Assembly (NCBI GenBank): GCA_965660095.1
Contig: CBFHYP010000011.1
Span: 1,070-65,069, forward strand
Reading direction: 5' to 3'
Length of the DNA: 64,000 nucleotides
DNA from: Candidatus Puniceispirillaceae bacterium
Lineage (GTDB): Bacteria > Pseudomonadota > Alphaproteobacteria > Puniceispirillales > Puniceispirillaceae
The stretch's first letter is position 1. Every line of letters begins with the position of its first letter. This document shows, piece after piece, positions 61,462 through 64,000 of the stretch. The position numbers and the translations under genes were made by a program. The notes beneath the pieces are model-generated. The model did not search any database. It was given only the letters and a program-made list of their open reading frames with translations, and had not been told where the DNA came from.

Positions 61462-62004
61462 ATGGTCAAAGGGTCTCGTCCAGAACAAGCAACACTTAGT
61501 CGGGATACTGACCTCTCAAAGACGGATGAAACGCGCCGGGTTATCGAAGGTATGGTTGATGGGCTAAACGACCACCGGATTGATGATATTGGGGCTTTTT
61601 TTGCTGAGCATTTTCGCTGGATGGGTAACCAAGGGTGCGGCAGCAAGACAGGCTTGCGTGAGTTTCAAGATAATTGGCAACGCCCTTTTCAAGCCGCTTT
61701 TTCAGACAAGGTCTGTGTGGATGAAGCACGTCTTTATATGGGCGAATGGGCAGCTGCTTTTGGGCGGCAAGAAGCTGTGCATAGCGGCAGGTTTATGGGG
61801 GTGGAGCCGACCGGCAAGAAGGTGGAAATCCGCTATATGGATTTCTGGAAAGTTGTGAACGGAAAAATTGTTGATAATTGGGTGATGGTGGATTTCCCTC
61901 ATGTTCTCGCCCAGCTTGGTGTCGATGTTTTCAATGGTGAAGGCTGGGAAGCATTTGATGAGGGGCGGAAGTCGCCCCCCAGACCTGACGGGGGCAGCTC
62001 ATGA
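61462..62004 (+). CDS. single-domain SnoaL-like (NTF2-fold, 'ester cyclase') protein
   Basis: 180 aa with GRFMGVEPTGKKVEIRYMDFWKVVNGKIVDNWVMVDFPHVLAQLGVDV. It starts 4 nt after the permease stop. Confidence 0.75.
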   Translation: MVKGSRPEQATLSRDTDLSKTDETRRVIEGMVDGLNDHRIDDIGAFFAEHFRWMGNQGCGSKTGLREFQDNWQRPFQAAFSDKVCVDEARLYMGEWAAAFGRQEAVHSGRFMGVEPTGKKVEIRYMDFWKVVNGKIVDNWVMVDFPHVLAQLGVDVFNGEGWEAFDEGRKSPPRPDGGSS

Positions 62005-63068
62005 GTGATGCCCATCATCACAATAAAACAGCAATCAAGAGCTTGTGCAGGGCTTTATATGATTTTGACGAACAGGCAGTTCGCTCTATCCTAAACCAGT
62101 TGCTTGATGCTGATGCCATGTGTCATTTCAGCCGCCCTATAGGTGATGTGGAAAGCTCTCAGCTCTATGATGAGGTGTTTGCACCACTTGTTTTTGCACT
62201 ACCAGATTTAGAACGCAGAGATGTGATTTGCATTGCAGGTTCTGACCATGATGGGATGGAATGGGTGGGGTGCGCAGGGCATTATATGGGCAATTTTAGG
62301 AAGCCTTTTTTAGGCATTCCGCCAACAGGACATATTGCCCATATCAGGTTTCATGAATTCTTTCGCTTTGAAAATGGCAAGGTGGTTGAGATACAGGCTA
62401 TTTGGGATATGCCTGAGCTTATGATGCAGGCTGGGGTATGGCCAATGGCGCCCTCATTGGGTCGTGAGTGGCATGTGCCAGCCCCCGCCACCCAAGATGG
62501 ACTTAACCCGCCCGTAACCTATCGCGAGCAGGCAAGTGCAAATGTAGCACATATTGTTGATATGCTTACCGCGTTGCAACGCTATCCCAGCCAAGGCGGG
62601 GTAGAGGTAATGGAGATGGAGGTATATTGGCATCCCCATTTCAGCTGGTACGGCCCTGCAGGTATCGGCAGTTCACGCGGCGGCGATGGGTTCCGCAATT
62701 GGCATCAGCAGCCATTTTTAAATGCAATGCCAGATAGAGGCCAATATCCTGAAGAGGTAAGCCACCATTTCTTTGCTGAAGGTGCGTATGTCGGCGTTAC
62801 AGGCTGGCCGAATATGGCACAAACACTAACCGGTGATGGCTGGCTTGGTATTGCGCCAACACATCAGAAAATTACCCTCCGCTCGCTTGATTTTTGGCGG
62901 CTGGAAAAAGGGCTAATAAGAGAAAACTGGGTGCTGGTAGATTTGCTAGATGTATGGGCACAAATCGGTGTAGATGTAATGGCGCGGATGCAACAGCTTG
63001 TATCTGCTCGCCCCGATTATCAGATGTATTCTAAGGGGCAGGCGTATCAAAGTAGGGGTGTTGGATGA
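62001..63068 (+). CDS. tandem SnoaL-like (NTF2-fold) two-domain protein
   Basis: 355 aa. Domain 1 has GNFRKPFLGIPPTGHIAHIRFHEFFRFENGKVVEIQAIWDMPELMMQAG. Domain 2 has GIAPTHQKITLRSLDFWRLEKGLIRENWVLVDLLDVWAQIGVDV. ATGA overlaps occur at both ends. Confidence 0.75.
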   Translation: MSDAHHHNKTAIKSLCRALYDFDEQAVRSILNQLLDADAMCHFSRPIGDVESSQLYDEVFAPLVFALPDLERRDVICIAGSDHDGMEWVGCAGHYMGNFRKPFLGIPPTGHIAHIRFHEFFRFENGKVVEIQAIWDMPELMMQAGVWPMAPSLGREWHVPAPATQDGLNPPVTYREQASANVAHIVDMLTALQRYPSQGGVEVMEMEVYWHPHFSWYGPAGIGSSRGGDGFRNWHQQPFLNAMPDRGQYPEEVSHHFFAEGAYVGVTGWPNMAQTLTGDGWLGIAPTHQKITLRSLDFWRLEKGLIRENWVLVDLLDVWAQIGVDVMARMQQLVSARPDYQMYSKGQAYQSRGVG

Positions 63069-64000
63069 TGCCCAAGCAACAGGACGCACTGCACAGACTG
63101 CACCCAAAACCTGCATCATCGGGGCGCATTACTTCTGCTGATGTTGCACGTCTTGCCGGCGTAAGCCAATCTGCGGTAAGCCGTGTCTTTACTGATGGTG
63201 CATCTGCATCCGCAAAAACATCCGCCAAAGTAAAACAAGCTGCAAAGGCGCTTGGGTATCGCCCAAATCGGCTTGCGCGTTCCTTGCTTACAGGCAGGTC
63301 TTATATTGTTGGATTAGTTGTGGCGTATCTGGATAATTATTTCTATCCAGACGTGCTTGAAAAGCTGTCCAAATCTCTGCAACAGCAGGGCTATCATGTG
63401 CTAATATTTATGGCGGCACAAACTGCTGAAAACATCGATAATGTGGTTGAGGAAATCTTAGAATATCAGGTGGATGCGATTGTCACAGCATCTGTTGCCT
63501 TATCTTCTGAGCTGGCAGATAGATGTCAGTCTGCTGGCATTCCAATTGTCCAATTCAATCGTATTCAAGAACAATCTCATCTCTCTTCTGTCACTACAGA
63601 TAATTTCCAAGGAGGGCGCGAGATTGCATATCACCTCATTGCGCAAGGCTATCAAAGTTTTGGCTATGTTGCAGGTTGGGAAGGAGCCTCTACACAAAGA
63701 GACCGAGAGGCTGGATTTCGTTCAGGATTAGCAGAGCAGGGCTATAATATAAGCTTTCGTGCGGTTGGAAATTTTCGTACAGAACAAGCAAATGAAGCCG
63801 CCTACCAGCTTGTACGCACAAAAGATAGACCGCGCGCGCTGTTCGTTGCAAATGACGCTATGGCCCTTGTGGTGATGGATGTATTGCGGCACAAGGCAGG
63901 GCTATCGGTGCCAGATGATATTGCTGTGGTTGGCTATGATGATACTCCGCCAGCAGCTTGGCCAAGCTATGATTTAACCTCATATAGTCAGCCTGCAGAT
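63065..64000 (+). CDS. LacI-family transcriptional regulator, C-terminus outside window
   Basis: My own translation (not in the track, because the frame is open to the window end) gives MMPKQQ...ITSADVARLAGVSQSAVSRVF (HTH) ...GYRPNRLARSL.... A periplasmic-binding-fold sugar domain follows (VGYDD). Confidence 0.85.
   Translation, partial: MMPKQQDALHRLHPKPASSGRITSADVARLAGVSQSAVSRVFTDGASASAKTSAKVKQAAKALGYRPNRLARSLLTGRSYIVGLVVAYLDNYFYPDVLEKLSKSLQQQGYHVLIFMAAQTAENIDNVVEEILEYQVDAIVTASVALSSELADRCQSAGIPIVQFNRIQEQSHLSSVTTDNFQGGREIAYHLIAQGYQSFGYVAGWEGASTQRDREAGFRSGLAEQGYNISFRAVGNFRTEQANEAAYQLVRTKDRPRALFVANDAMALVVMDVLRHKAGLSVPDDIAVVGYDDTPPAAWPSYDLTSYSQPAD

Overview
The window reads as a chromosomal segment of an alphaproteobacterium with moderate GC content. 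No integrase, transposase, phage gene or CRISPR array is visible.

The first ~35 kb is mostly conserved housekeeping synteny:
- zf-CHCC and polA
- chvI-chvG-rapZ-ahcY-tsaE
- alpha-type addB-addA, then trxA
- folC-accD-trpA-trpB-trpF on the minus strand
- lapA-ihfB and rpsA-cmk-aroA
- a TIGR02300 zinc-ribbon gene and tRNA-Ala
- lptB-lptA-lptC, an RNase D-like gene and a nitroreductase
- an Irr-type Fur-family regulator followed by katG

The last ~29 kb is accessory and carbohydrate-oriented.

1. Two divergent operons (35.3-44.6 kb) combine glucokinase, an SDR, four Gfo/Idh/MocA oxidoreductases (one apparently frameshifted), and an SsuD-family flavin monooxygenase translationally coupled to a YdhF-type aldo-keto reductase, plus a DMT transporter. 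The monooxygenase/reductase pairing recalls SmoC/SmoB of sulfoquinovose desulfonation.
2. An aglEFGAK-like alpha-glucoside ABC transporter and GH13 glucosidase operon follows (45.6-52.2 kb).
3. Next come a Fur-box-controlled orphan Fe(3+)-binding protein gene, an MBL-fold lipoprotein, a His-rich secreted protein and a HAD-fold protein lacking the catalytic Asp residues.
4. The most unusual item is a translationally coupled CUT1-type ABC transporter operon (56-64 kb). Its only non-transport products are three SnoaL/NTF2-fold 'ester cyclase' proteins (five domains in total) and a LacI regulator. A near-perfect 20-bp palindrome lies in the divergent promoter.

All functional calls rest on my reading of the translated ORFs and motifs. 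No database search was run.
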